From assembly GCA_947259375.1 (NCBI GenBank), contig CAMYLZ010000018.1, forward strand, positions 55,441 through 119,440: a DNA stretch of 64,000 nucleotides, written 5' to 3'. This stretch comes from an uncultured Parvularculaceae bacterium (GTDB lineage: Bacteria > Pseudomonadota > Alphaproteobacteria > Caulobacterales > Parvularculaceae). Numbering within the stretch: position 1 is the stretch's first letter; each line of letters opens with the position of its first letter. The translations under genes were made by a program, and so were the position numbers. Below, one piece after another: positions 18,785 through 28,167 of the stretch. The notes beneath the pieces were generated by a model. The model was not told where the DNA came from, ran no database searches, and was given only the letters and a program-made list of their open reading frames with translations.

Positions 18785-20287
18785 ATGACGGCACGGACGT
18801 TGTGTTTCGGTTTTGACGGAGCAGATCACGCTTTTATGGATGCAATGATGGCGGCGGGCGAATTGCCGGCTTTTGCTGCATTGAAGGCGAAATCGCGAAT
18901 TTTCAACTTTGAAAACGACGCGGCCATGGGCGCCGCGCAATTCTGGAATTCCGCATCAATCGGCGCCGGGCCTGGCCATCATGGCCATTATTTCTACATG
19001 CAATTCAAACCGGACACTTATGACGTCGTTCCAAATCATGACTCTTCGATCCCCGACATAAAACCGTTTTGGAACACGCTGGACGACGAAGGCTATGCGA
19101 TCGCCGTCGTCGACTGGCACCGTTTGCAACCCAAGCCTTTGAAAAACGGATTGCTGCTCGATAACTGGCTCGGACATGATCCGTTGACGGACACGCTCTA
19201 TTATCCCCCTGCGCTGAAAGACGACGCACAACAACATTTTTCAGGCGATATCGCCGGCGGCGGCTTTGCCGCGCTTGAGCGGAACACCGCCGAAGAAATG
19301 CAAGCATATCTTGACGCCCTTATGCAGCGGATCGACGCCAAAACCGCCTTTTGCATCGACAAGCTGAATGGACGCGACTGGGATCTGTTTATTGCTTGCT
19401 ATTCAGAAGCCCATGATGTCGGGCATTATTTTTATCATCTCTGCGACCGTGCACATCCGCGCTACGATGCGAGCCTCGCAACGAAGCTCAAAGAGCCGTT
19501 GCGCGCCTGTTATCGCCGCCTCGACGCCGGCCTCGCAAAGGTTATGGCTGCGGCCGGCGACGAGGCCCGCATATTTGTCTATGGCGGCCCCGGCATGGAG
19601 ATGCTGATCAGCGCCAACGACGCCATGGAGGAGATGATGCGGCGTATCGATCTCGGCATCGGCGCGCCGCCATCTGTCGCAGAAAAAGCGCGCACCGGCT
19701 ATCGCACATTGTTGCCGCAAAAACTGCGCTGGCGCCTGGCGCCCGTCGCGCGCGCGCTCCGCAGGCGCTTCGCCAATCACGAATACGCCCGCCGGCGTTT
19801 CTTTGCCGTTCCGCATAATGACAATTCCGGTGCGGTGCGGATTAACGTGAAGGGCCGCGAAAAGCACGGCATCGTCGCGCGCGGCGCGGCGTATGACGCT
19901 GTCCTCAAGGAGATTGCCGAGGCGGTCCAAACCTTTCGCAATGCGGATAATGGGCGGCCCATCGTCAAGCGCGTCATATGCGTGCCGAAAGACTACGACG
20001 GCCCGCATATAGACGTCTTGCCGGACCTTTTCATCGAGTGGGACCGCGACGGCGCCGCACAGAATTTCTCAAGGATCGTCTCTGACAAATATGGCGAAAT
20101 CGATATCGAAGATCCCTTGCGGACCGGCGATCACAATGCTTCGGGGTTTTTCTGGGGCCCGACCGATTATGCCGGCCCGACGATAACGCGCCCGCAACAG
20201 GTCACCGCGCCCTTGATGGACGCCGTGCGAAAGAAAGCGGCGCCGCAAGAGCGGGCGGCGCATCGCCCCGAAAATGTGACGCCCTGA
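18785..20287 (+). CDS. Alkaline-phosphatase-superfamily protein, copy 2 (tandem paralog)
   Basis: Same motif series (GFDG, WNSASIGAGPGHHG, WDLFIACYSEAH, VLPDLFIEW, RTGDH), colinear with copy 1. Confidence 0.8.
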   Translation: MTARTLCFGFDGADHAFMDAMMAAGELPAFAALKAKSRIFNFENDAAMGAAQFWNSASIGAGPGHHGHYFYMQFKPDTYDVVPNHDSSIPDIKPFWNTLDDEGYAIAVVDWHRLQPKPLKNGLLLDNWLGHDPLTDTLYYPPALKDDAQQHFSGDIAGGGFAALERNTAEEMQAYLDALMQRIDAKTAFCIDKLNGRDWDLFIACYSEAHDVGHYFYHLCDRAHPRYDASLATKLKEPLRACYRRLDAGLAKVMAAAGDEARIFVYGGPGMEMLISANDAMEEMMRRIDLGIGAPPSVAEKARTGYRTLLPQKLRWRLAPVARALRRRFANHEYARRRFFAVPHNDNSGAVRINVKGREKHGIVARGAAYDAVLKEIAEAVQTFRNADNGRPIVKRVICVPKDYDGPHIDVLPDLFIEWDRDGAAQNFSRIVSDKYGEIDIEDPLRTGDHNASGFFWGPTDYAGPTITRPQQVTAPLMDAVRKKAAPQERAAHRPENVTP

Positions 20288-20490
20288 CCTCGCGTCCTGC
20301 CTTTGCGCGGTTTGCGGCCTGGCGCCAGCCTCCAATGCGCCGCAAGCCGCGCCTGATCCGGCCGCTCCGAACTTTTTCAACGAGGCCCCGCCTCAACATG
20401 CAATCCGGGCCTCACGCAATCTTGGTGTCACGCAATCCCGGTTACACCAACCCAGCCTCACGCATGCCGGCCACACCGCGCCTCTTGAGT

Positions 20491-20560
20491 GCGAGTGAGC
20501 GCTCACTTGAAATTTTCCCTTGTCAAACTAAATTACCCGAATGTAAGTGAACGCTTACTC
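20491..20560 (+). promoter_or_regulatory. Two palindromic operator-like sites upstream of the TetR gene
   Basis: GCGAGTGAGCGCTCACTT (20491-20508, core GTGAGCGCTCAC is a perfect palindrome) and GTAAGTGAACGCTTACTC (20543-20560) flank a TTGTCA -35-like hexamer at 20520. Confidence 0.6.
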
Positions 20561-20667
20561 AATCCTGTTTCGTGGCTGAACCTGCCGGCCATCCACGCTC
20601 AGGGCCTGTTTTCGGCGGAGGGCCAAAACATAGCGGTGCAACAGGCAGGCGAATTTGGAGGCGGCGC

Positions 20668-21282
20668 ATGATGGCGGAAAAACTGGTCGAAGACGATCGC
20701 GGCGTTACCGCCGCGCCGGGATCGACAAAAGCCCGGATTGAACGTGCGGCGCTGACGCTGTTTTGCGCCCGCGGCATTGACGCCGTCACCACCCGCGAGA
20801 TCGCTGCCGCCAGCGGCGTTTCAGAAGGCGCGCTTTACCGTCATTTTCCCAGCAAGGAAGCGCTTGGCGCAACCATGTTCTTCGCTATCCACCAGCGACT
20901 CGCCGACGAGATTCAGGCGGCGGCGGCCGGCGATGGCATTGAGGCGCAAGCGCGGGCGATCGTCGCCGCCTATACGCGCGTCGCCGACGAAGACTGGACC
21001 CTTTTTTCATATCACTTGCTGACGACACACCGGTTTCTTCCGTTTGCGGATGCTTCGAGCCGCAAGCACGCAGGCAACCCGGTTGCGCTGGTCGAAGGGG
21101 TCATCGCCGACGCCATGCGCTGCGGCGACCTGCCCCAAGGGGACGCCGCGCTAAAAGCCGCCGCTGCGCTGGGGGTTGTTTTGCAGACAGCGCTGCACAA
21201 GATTTACGGCCGCGTGACCGGCGATCTTTCACCAAAACAATCCACGCTCGCCGCCGCCGTCATCGCCGTTCTCAAAACGTGA
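20668..21282 (+). CDS. TetR/AcrR family transcriptional regulator
   Basis: AALTLFCARGIDAVTTREIAAASGVSEGALYRHFPSKEAL helix-turn-helix; GGAGG RBS. Confidence 0.93.
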   Translation: MMAEKLVEDDRGVTAAPGSTKARIERAALTLFCARGIDAVTTREIAAASGVSEGALYRHFPSKEALGATMFFAIHQRLADEIQAAAAGDGIEAQARAIVAAYTRVADEDWTLFSYHLLTTHRFLPFADASSRKHAGNPVALVEGVIADAMRCGDLPQGDAALKAAAALGVVLQTALHKIYGRVTGDLSPKQSTLAAAVIAVLKT

Positions 21283-21295
21283 AAGGCTGCTGGCA

Positions 21296-22072
21296 ATGAT
21301 CGTCTCGATACGTTCCATCCTGTTTCAGACCGCATACTGGATGACCGCCGCCTTTTACGTCATCGGCGCCTTGCCGTTGCTGCTCGCGCCCAGCCGGAAG
21401 CCGTTAATGCTCTGGATCCTCGGATACACATGGACCATGCGCCTCTGGATGCGCTGGATCGCCGGCATTCGCGTCCGCATTGCCGGCAAGGAAAATATCC
21501 CCAATGGCCCTTTTATCATCGCCGCCAAGCATCAAAGCTGGGGCGACGGTTTTGTCATGTTTTCGCAAATTCGCGACCTGGCCTTCGTCACCGGCGACCA
21601 CCTGGAAAAATTTCCGCTGGTCGGCGGCGTTTTACGCAAGATGGGCGCAATTGTCGTCGATAATTGCGGCGGCGCTTACGCCCGGGCCCGGCTTATCGAT
21701 GATGAGTTGAAAAAAGCCCAGAGCGAGAACCGGCGCATTCTTATATATCCGGAAGGGCATCTGGCGCCGGCCGGCCAGCGATATCGCTACAAAAAAGGCG
21801 TGTTTCACCTCTACAAGGCCTATGGTTGCCCGGCCGTGCCCGTCGCAACAAATCTCGGGCTCAGATGGCCGCAGCAAAGTTGGCGCCTCACCCCGGGCGA
21901 AGCGGTGATCGAGTTTCTAGAACCGATCGCCCAAGGGCTCGACAAGGAAACATTCATGAACCGGCTTGAAGCGGCGATCGAAACGCGCTCCATTGAGCTG
22001 CTTGGCGACGAGCGCCCCGTCGGCGTGGAAATCGGCGCGCTTTTACCCGATCCGGGGAAACAGACCAGTTGA
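21296..22072 (+). CDS. 1-acyl-sn-glycerol-3-phosphate/lysophospholipid acyltransferase (PlsC family)
   Basis: KHQSWGD (HxxxxD), IYPEG, VPVATN. Confidence 0.9.
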   Translation: MIVSIRSILFQTAYWMTAAFYVIGALPLLLAPSRKPLMLWILGYTWTMRLWMRWIAGIRVRIAGKENIPNGPFIIAAKHQSWGDGFVMFSQIRDLAFVTGDHLEKFPLVGGVLRKMGAIVVDNCGGAYARARLIDDELKKAQSENRRILIYPEGHLAPAGQRYRYKKGVFHLYKAYGCPAVPVATNLGLRWPQQSWRLTPGEAVIEFLEPIAQGLDKETFMNRLEAAIETRSIELLGDERPVGVEIGALLPDPGKQTS

Positions 22073-22074
22073 CA

Positions 22075-23409
22075 ATGAGTGACACAGTAAAGACCGAGAC
22101 AGGGCCGCTGTTTTTTCAACGGCGCTTCTGGCCCATGTGGACCGCGCTTTCTTTCGGTACCTTCGCCGACAATACGCTGCGCCAGGCGCTCCTGATCGGC
22201 ATTCCGGCCGGGATTATCACGGCGCCATTCTTTGACGACGCGGACAATGCCCTGCCCTTTATCGGCGCGCTGTTGCCGATCTCGATCCTGATCTTTTCCT
22301 CCGTCTCCGGACAGCTTGCCGACAAATACGAAACCTCCATGATGTTTCGTCGCACCAAACTTTCCGAAGTCATCTTGATGGCCATCGCGGCCATCGCTTT
22401 TGCCGGCGGGATTGGCTGGCTCTCTATCGCCATGTTGTTCGCCATGGGCGCGCAATCGGCGTTCTTCTCGCCAGTGCGCGTCGGCGCCATGCCGAAATAC
22501 CTCGCCGCCAATGAACTCGTGCGCGGCAACGGACTGTGCAACGCCGGGCTGTTCACATTCATCCTGCTTGGATATATGGCGGGCAGCGTACTGATTATCC
22601 AGGAACGCGGCGGCGCAATGGTCGGCGGCGTGCTGATCGGCGCCTCGCTGACCGGGTTTCTTGCGTCTTTGCGCGCGCCCTTTGCCGCCGCCAATTCCCC
22701 GGAACTGCGCTTGAGCATCAACGCCCCGGCGCAAACCGCCGCCATGTTCCGCTTCGTGTTCACCTCGCGCGGCGTCGCCCCGCCCCTGCTTGGCGTCGGC
22801 GTGTTCTATCTTCTCTCAACCGCCGTTACGGTAGCGATCCCGCTTTACGGGCGCGACGCGCTGCATGCGACGCCGCTGGTGTGGGGGGCGCTTAACGGAT
22901 TTTTCGCTATCGGCATGGGGATCGGCGCTGTCGCCGCCGCCAATATGGCGAAGTCGCGCTCGGGGCTCGGCGCCTCGACCTGCGCCATCGCCGCTGCGGG
23001 CGTTTCCTGCTTCTCGATCTATTTTCTGACGCCGTTGGCGGCGGGCAGCCAGGATGCGCCCATCGGTCTCGTCGCTTTATTGTCGACCGTCCCGGGGGCT
23101 TCTCTGGTCGGCCTCCTCATTGTTACAAGCGCCTTTGCGGGCGTATACATCGCGCCCCTGCAAGCCGCGGTGCAACGGCGCGCGCCAAAGCCGGTTCGCG
23201 CGCGGATCATGGCCGCCGGCGCCTTTTCAAACGCCACCTTCGCCATTCCCGGCTCATTGTCCCTGCTGGCGATCACCGCCACCGGCGCCGACCCGCGCCT
23301 CGCCTTTGTCGCCGTAGGGGCGGTTATGTTGGTGATCGCGGCCGTTATGGCTTACCGCCGCCGGATTTTGCCGGATGGCCTATATGACGAGATGCTGAAA
23401 GCAGATTGA
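22075..23409 (+). CDS. MFS transporter, LplT/Aas-type lysophospholipid flippase-like
   Basis: FWPMWTALSFGTFADN, GQLADKY, QSAFFSP...MPKYL..NELVRGNGL; about 12 TM segments; coupled to plsC. Confidence 0.82.
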   Translation: MSDTVKTETGPLFFQRRFWPMWTALSFGTFADNTLRQALLIGIPAGIITAPFFDDADNALPFIGALLPISILIFSSVSGQLADKYETSMMFRRTKLSEVILMAIAAIAFAGGIGWLSIAMLFAMGAQSAFFSPVRVGAMPKYLAANELVRGNGLCNAGLFTFILLGYMAGSVLIIQERGGAMVGGVLIGASLTGFLASLRAPFAAANSPELRLSINAPAQTAAMFRFVFTSRGVAPPLLGVGVFYLLSTAVTVAIPLYGRDALHATPLVWGALNGFFAIGMGIGAVAAANMAKSRSGLGASTCAIAAAGVSCFSIYFLTPLAAGSQDAPIGLVALLSTVPGASLVGLLIVTSAFAGVYIAPLQAAVQRRAPKPVRARIMAAGAFSNATFAIPGSLSLLAITATGADPRLAFVAVGAVMLVIAAVMAYRRRILPDGLYDEMLKAD

Positions 23410-23580
23410 GGCCCCGGCTATCGCCGGGGAAAGCGCCATGCTATTTGGTCTGCCTTAACGATAGAACATTGTGACATCACGGTATTTTCGCCCAACCAGG
23501 ACGGTCTGCGTAGGAAATGAGGGCGCGTTTTCAGACAAGTTAACGCGCCAGCAAGGACAAGGCGCTATTTTTCCCGGGAT

Positions 23581-24090
23581 ATGGAACTGACTTTCGCGAT
23601 CATTGCTACATGCCTGGTGTTCGGACTGGTCGCCGCCATCGCCTCCGCGCGGCCGAACCTGATCCCGGAAATCGGCGCAAGCCTGCGAAGGTCTGAAACC
23701 ATCCGCAAATTCTCGCCGCGCAACACGCTTTTCATCATCGGCGCGCATGCCGCTCATCCGGCCTGCAAAATGCAGCGGCGTTTGCTGAAGCCGGCCATCG
23801 CGGCGCTAATCCGCAATGACGTCAAGGTCATGGAAGTTTATGGCGATGACCAGCCGCGCCAGAATGGCGAGGAAATGGACTGGCTCGACCCAGCGTTGCT
23901 GCGCCATGCGCTCGGCGCGGAAGACGGGTTTTTCGTGATTTACGTGGATGACGAAGGCAAAACGCTGTTTCGTTCGGAAGCGCCAATGGTGACAGCCGAT
24001 ATTTTGAGCCGCGCCCAGCTCGACATTGCAACGCCGCGCCGCGGGCGGCGACGCCAGAACCCCGTTCTCAACCGCCTGCGCGCGGCTTAA
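23581..24090 (+). CDS. Divergent DUF4174-like exported protein
   Basis: N-terminal hydrophobic helix; ...LIRNDVKVMEV...LRHAL...FFVIYVDDEGKTLFRSEAP resembles DUF4174. Confidence 0.45.
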   Translation: MELTFAIIATCLVFGLVAAIASARPNLIPEIGASLRRSETIRKFSPRNTLFIIGAHAAHPACKMQRRLLKPAIAALIRNDVKVMEVYGDDQPRQNGEEMDWLDPALLRHALGAEDGFFVIYVDDEGKTLFRSEAPMVTADILSRAQLDIATPRRGRRRQNPVLNRLRAA

Positions 24091-24128
24091 CGCGGCCCTG
24101 CGGCGTTTCGATCTGCGCCATTGCGCGC

Positions 24129-25433
24129 TTATGCGCGCCCAATCGAATGATAGGCAATGCCCGCTTCGGCCATTTCCGCCGGCCGGTAAATATTCCGTAG
24201 ATCAATCATTATCGGCGCATTTAGCAGTGCTTTGACGCGATCCATATCAAGCGCCCGGAACTCATCCCATTCGGTAATGATGGCCACGGCGTCGGCGCCG
24301 TCAAGCGTCTGGTACGGGCCTTCGGCATATTCGACATTTTCCAGCAGGTCTTGCGCCTCTTTCATGCCGGCCGGATCGAATGCGCGAACCTTTGCGCCGA
24401 CCGCCTGCAACGCCGGAATGATATCGAGCGACGGCGCGTCCCGCATATCGTCCGTATTCGGCTTGAATGTCAGCCCGAGCACGGCGATAGTCTTGCCGCT
24501 TACATCGCCGCCGCAGGCGTTGATGATACGCTCCGCCATCTTTTTCTTGCGTGCCGCATTGATCTCGACCACCGCTTCGACGATCCGCGTCGGCGATTCA
24601 TGGACCTGCGCCGTACGGACCAGCGCCAGCGTGTCTTTCGGGAAGCACGAACCGCCATAGCCCGGCCCCGCATGCAGGAATTTTGACCCGATCCGCCCGT
24701 CCAATCCGATGCCGCGAGCGACTTCCTGAACATTGGCGCCGACCTTTTCGCAAATGTCGGCCATCTCGTTGATGAAGGTGATCTTGGTCGCCAGGAAAGC
24801 GTTCGCGGCGTATTTGATCAGCTCCGACGTCGAGCGATTGGTGAAGACGATCGGCGTTTCGTTGAGATAAAGCGGGCGATAAAGTTCACGCATCACTTTT
24901 TGCGCACGCTCGTCCTCCGCCCCGACGATTACCCTGTCGGGGTGCTTGAAATCATTGATGGCGGCGCCTTCGCGCAGGAACTCAGGATTTGAAACGACGG
25001 AAAACTCCGCATCCGGACGGGTCTTGCGGATGATCTCCTCGACTTCCGTTCCCGTGCCGACCGGCACCGTCGACTTGGTGACGACCACCGTGTAGCCGTT
25101 CATTACCGAGGCGATTTCTTCGGCGGCCTTGTAGACGTAAGACAAATCCGCAAAACCGTCGCCGCGCCGCGACGGCGTGCCGACCGCGATAAAAACCGCG
25201 TCAGCGTTCGGCGTCGATGCGGCAAGATCGAGACTGAAGGAAAGCCGGCCCGCCTTGACGTTTTCAGCCACCAGCGCTTCGAGCCCCGGCTCGTAAATCG
25301 GGATTTCGCCTGCTTCCAGCTTCTCGATTTTCGACCGGTCCTTGTCGACGCAAACGACTTCGTGGCCAAAGTCAGCGAAACAGGCCCCTGAAACGAGCCC
25401 CACATAGCCGGTGCCGATCATTGTTACGCGCAT
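24129..25433 (-). CDS. ugd: UDP-glucose 6-dehydrogenase
   Basis: IGTGYVGLVSG, FIAVGTP, KSTVPVGT, SNPEFLREG, GYGGSCFPKD, FKPNTDDMR. Confidence 0.96.
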   Translation of the reverse strand: MRVTMIGTGYVGLVSGACFADFGHEVVCVDKDRSKIEKLEAGEIPIYEPGLEALVAENVKAGRLSFSLDLAASTPNADAVFIAVGTPSRRGDGFADLSYVYKAAEEIASVMNGYTVVVTKSTVPVGTGTEVEEIIRKTRPDAEFSVVSNPEFLREGAAINDFKHPDRVIVGAEDERAQKVMRELYRPLYLNETPIVFTNRSTSELIKYAANAFLATKITFINEMADICEKVGANVQEVARGIGLDGRIGSKFLHAGPGYGGSCFPKDTLALVRTAQVHESPTRIVEAVVEINAARKKKMAERIINACGGDVSGKTIAVLGLTFKPNTDDMRDAPSLDIIPALQAVGAKVRAFDPAGMKEAQDLLENVEYAEGPYQTLDGADAVAIITEWDEFRALDMDRVKALLNAPIMIDLRNIYRPAEMAEAGIAYHSIGRA

Positions 25434-25502
25434 GAGACGATCCCAGGATTGCGGCGGCGCAAGGAGCGTCCCGGGCGCCGCCTTTCGAAGTCATTTCGCG
25501 TC

Positions 25503-26960
25503 TTAGACGGCGTTCTTGGGAAAGACCACCGCCCGGACGGTCAAAATCAGGATTTTAATATCGAACCACAAGGACCAATTGTCGATATAGGCGAGGTCAT
25601 AGCGGACCCGGCCGGCCATTTGCTCGCGTTCGGAGGTCTCGCCCCTATATCCGTTGACCTGCGCCCAGCCGGTCAGTCCCGGCTTGACCTTGTGACGGCC
25701 CGAATAATTCTCGATCATGCGGGCATATTGGTGATTATGGGCGAGCGCATGCGGGCGCGGGCCCACCAGAGACATTTCGCCCCGGATCACGTTGAAAAGC
25801 TGGGGCAGTTCATCAAGGCTATAGCGGCGCAAAAAGCGCCCGATCGGCGTGATCCGCGCATCGCCGGTCTTTGCCTGTTCAATGACAGCGCCGTCATCGG
25901 CCGCGGTCATCGTACGGAATTTGTACACTTTAAAGACTGCATTGTTGAACCCGTGCCGCTGCTGGGCGAACAGGATCGGCCCTTTGCCCTGGAGCTTGAG
26001 GGCGAGCGCGATCAACGCCATGACCGGCGCAAAAACAATCAGCGCGCTGATGCCGAACACATAATCTTCAACCGTTTTGGCGACCCCGCCCCAGCCCTCA
26101 AGCGGCCGGCGATAAAGAGACAAAACCCGGACCCCGCCGACATCGGCGATCGCGCCGCCAAGATGATCGAGCCAATGAATGTTCGGGCAGATGGCGATCG
26201 ACACCGGTAAGATGGAAAGACGGCGGATCAAGCCCGACATGTCTTCCGGCGCCGTTCGCGGGGCGGCGATGACAATGTCGTCAACCTCGCCATTGCGCGC
26301 CGCTTTCGCAAGATCGTCAAGGCCGCCTTTCGCATGGGCGTATTGCGCGTCGCGCGGGTCTTCCAATCCGCATTTATAGACCCCGACCACCGAGATGCCC
26401 TGCGGGGATGCAACCGCGCGTTCGGCGAATTTCAGCCCCAGCGAAGATGCGCCAACCACCGCGACCCGCCGCGCAAAAACGCCGCCGTCCCGGCTCATAC
26501 GATGGACGAACGCCGCCGCCGCGACACGCACCGAGATGACGACCGCCAGCGCCGCGCCGCTCCAGGCGAATAGCCATACCCGCGAGTAACTGTCGGAAAG
26601 CTTCATGGCAAACGCGAAGGCGAGCAAGCCAAGCACGGTCAGCGCCCAGCGCGCCAGAATAGCGCGCAGCAAACCGTCAAGTCTCGCCAGTTGCTCGAAC
26701 TCGTAATAACCGTCGCGGCGCATCAGGGTGGAAAAGACAGTCGCCGCGACAATGCCCGCCGTCGCGTAACTCTGGAAATCAAATCCGGCCTGAAACGCGA
26801 AACGATGATACAGATAGGCGACGCCGACTGATGTGAAGATCACATTGACGAAGTCAAAAAACTGAACAATGTCGCCGAACAACGCACGCGCCACCGGCGC
26901 GCGCCGCCTTACGCCGTCCGCCGAAAACCCATCCGCGCTATGAACGCCGGATTCCGCCAT
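25503..26960 (-). CDS. Undecaprenyl-phosphate glucose phosphotransferase (WcaJ/HfsE-like priming GT)
   Basis: N-terminal TMs plus YKFRTM, DARITPIGRFLRRYSLDELPQLFNV, MSLVGPRP, KVKPGLTGWAQVNG, WSLWFDIKIL. Confidence 0.93.
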   Translation of the reverse strand: MAESGVHSADGFSADGVRRRAPVARALFGDIVQFFDFVNVIFTSVGVAYLYHRFAFQAGFDFQSYATAGIVAATVFSTLMRRDGYYEFEQLARLDGLLRAILARWALTVLGLLAFAFAMKLSDSYSRVWLFAWSGAALAVVISVRVAAAAFVHRMSRDGGVFARRVAVVGASSLGLKFAERAVASPQGISVVGVYKCGLEDPRDAQYAHAKGGLDDLAKAARNGEVDDIVIAAPRTAPEDMSGLIRRLSILPVSIAICPNIHWLDHLGGAIADVGGVRVLSLYRRPLEGWGGVAKTVEDYVFGISALIVFAPVMALIALALKLQGKGPILFAQQRHGFNNAVFKVYKFRTMTAADDGAVIEQAKTGDARITPIGRFLRRYSLDELPQLFNVIRGEMSLVGPRPHALAHNHQYARMIENYSGRHKVKPGLTGWAQVNGYRGETSEREQMAGRVRYDLAYIDNWSLWFDIKILILTVRAVVFPKNAV

Positions 26961-27086
26961 AACAAACTCTCACCCCTACGCTCTAACGCGCCAAGCCCTT
27001 CGCCCGCGCCGGTCAAACCGGTCCGATCCTTGAATGACTTGCATGCAAGAATGGGGCTAGAATAGGCCAAAAAAGGCGCATGTGCC

Positions 27087-27311
27087 ATGTCGAAACAGTT
27101 TGCAGCGTTCCATGTCAGTTGGCGGGACGCAAAAGTCCGCCCGCTCGGCCTCGTGGCCGATGAACGCGATTATGGCCGCGCGGCGGCGGCTGCGTTGCAA
27201 TCGCGGCTGAATCAGCTCGCCGATGAAGGCTGGATAATCCAGGAAGTGTTGCCGATGACCGGCCTGACGCCGAAACAGACGGCGGCCTTCACGATCATCG
27301 CCTTCCGCTAG
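27087..27311 (+). CDS. Small hypothetical protein (DUF4177-like)
   Basis: 74 aa; LQSRLNQLADEGW motif. Confidence 0.6.
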   Translation: MSKQFAAFHVSWRDAKVRPLGLVADERDYGRAAAAALQSRLNQLADEGWIIQEVLPMTGLTPKQTAAFTIIAFR

Positions 27312-27366
27312 GACGCGTCAAAAAAGACGGTTGATTTCTCACCGGAAAGCGTAGCATCCCCTGCGC

Positions 27367-28167
27367 ATGAAATCACATGCTTATACCGACGCCGAGCTGA
27401 GCGAAGTCTTGTGTGCGCTGGCGCTAAAAGCCGGCGCCGCCGCGCTTGAAATTTACGCCAGCGACTTTGAAGCCGAAACCAAAGACGACGCCTCCCCGGT
27501 GACCGAGGCGGACCGCCTTGGCGAAGAGATCATCCTCGCCGGCCTTGCGGAATTTGCACCGCACATTCCTGTCCTGGCGGAGGAAAGCACGTCGGAAGGC
27601 GGCGCGCCGGCCGAACTTGGCGAACGCTTCTTTCTGGTAGATCCGCTCGACGGCACACGAGAATTTGTCAACCGCACGGGCGAGTTCACCGTCAACATTG
27701 CGCTGATCGAAAATGGCCGGCCGGTATTTGGCGTCGTCTATGCGCCGGCCTCGAACCTGCTTTATGCCGGCGGTCCGGACGGCGCCTGGAAAGCGCCTGT
27801 CGGTGAGGACGGCGCCTTGGGCGCGCGCGAAACGATCACCGCGCGCATGACGCCCGAAAGCGGCCTCATTGCGGTCGCAAGCCGATCGCACCGGTCGGCG
27901 CAAACCGATGATTTTCTCAATACGCTGGATGTCGCCGACTTTACGGCCGCCGGATCATCATTGAAATTCTGCCTCCTGGCGGAAGGCAAAGCGGATATTT
28001 ATCCGCGCTTCGGCCGCACCATGGAATGGGATACCGGCGCCGGTCAGGCCGTGCTCGAAGCCGCGGGCGGGCGCGTTGTCGCTTTCCCGAGCGACGAACC
28101 ATTGGCCTACGGAAAAAAATCGCGCGGTTACGACAACCCGCATTTCATCGCCTGGGGCCGGCGCTAG
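27367..28167 (+). CDS. cysQ: 3'(2'),5'-bisphosphate nucleotidase
   Basis: SPVTEAD, EE, FFLVDPLDGTREF, GSSLKFC, PRFGRTMEWDTGAG. Confidence 0.93.
   Translation: MKSHAYTDAELSEVLCALALKAGAAALEIYASDFEAETKDDASPVTEADRLGEEIILAGLAEFAPHIPVLAEESTSEGGAPAELGERFFLVDPLDGTREFVNRTGEFTVNIALIENGRPVFGVVYAPASNLLYAGGPDGAWKAPVGEDGALGARETITARMTPESGLIAVASRSHRSAQTDDFLNTLDVADFTAAGSSLKFCLLAEGKADIYPRFGRTMEWDTGAGQAVLEAAGGRVVAFPSDEPLAYGKKSRGYDNPHFIAWGRR

Noticed and set aside
20390-20485. Possible CRISPR mini-array
   Set aside because: Units are ~10 nt with 5-20 nt gaps, and there are no cas genes.
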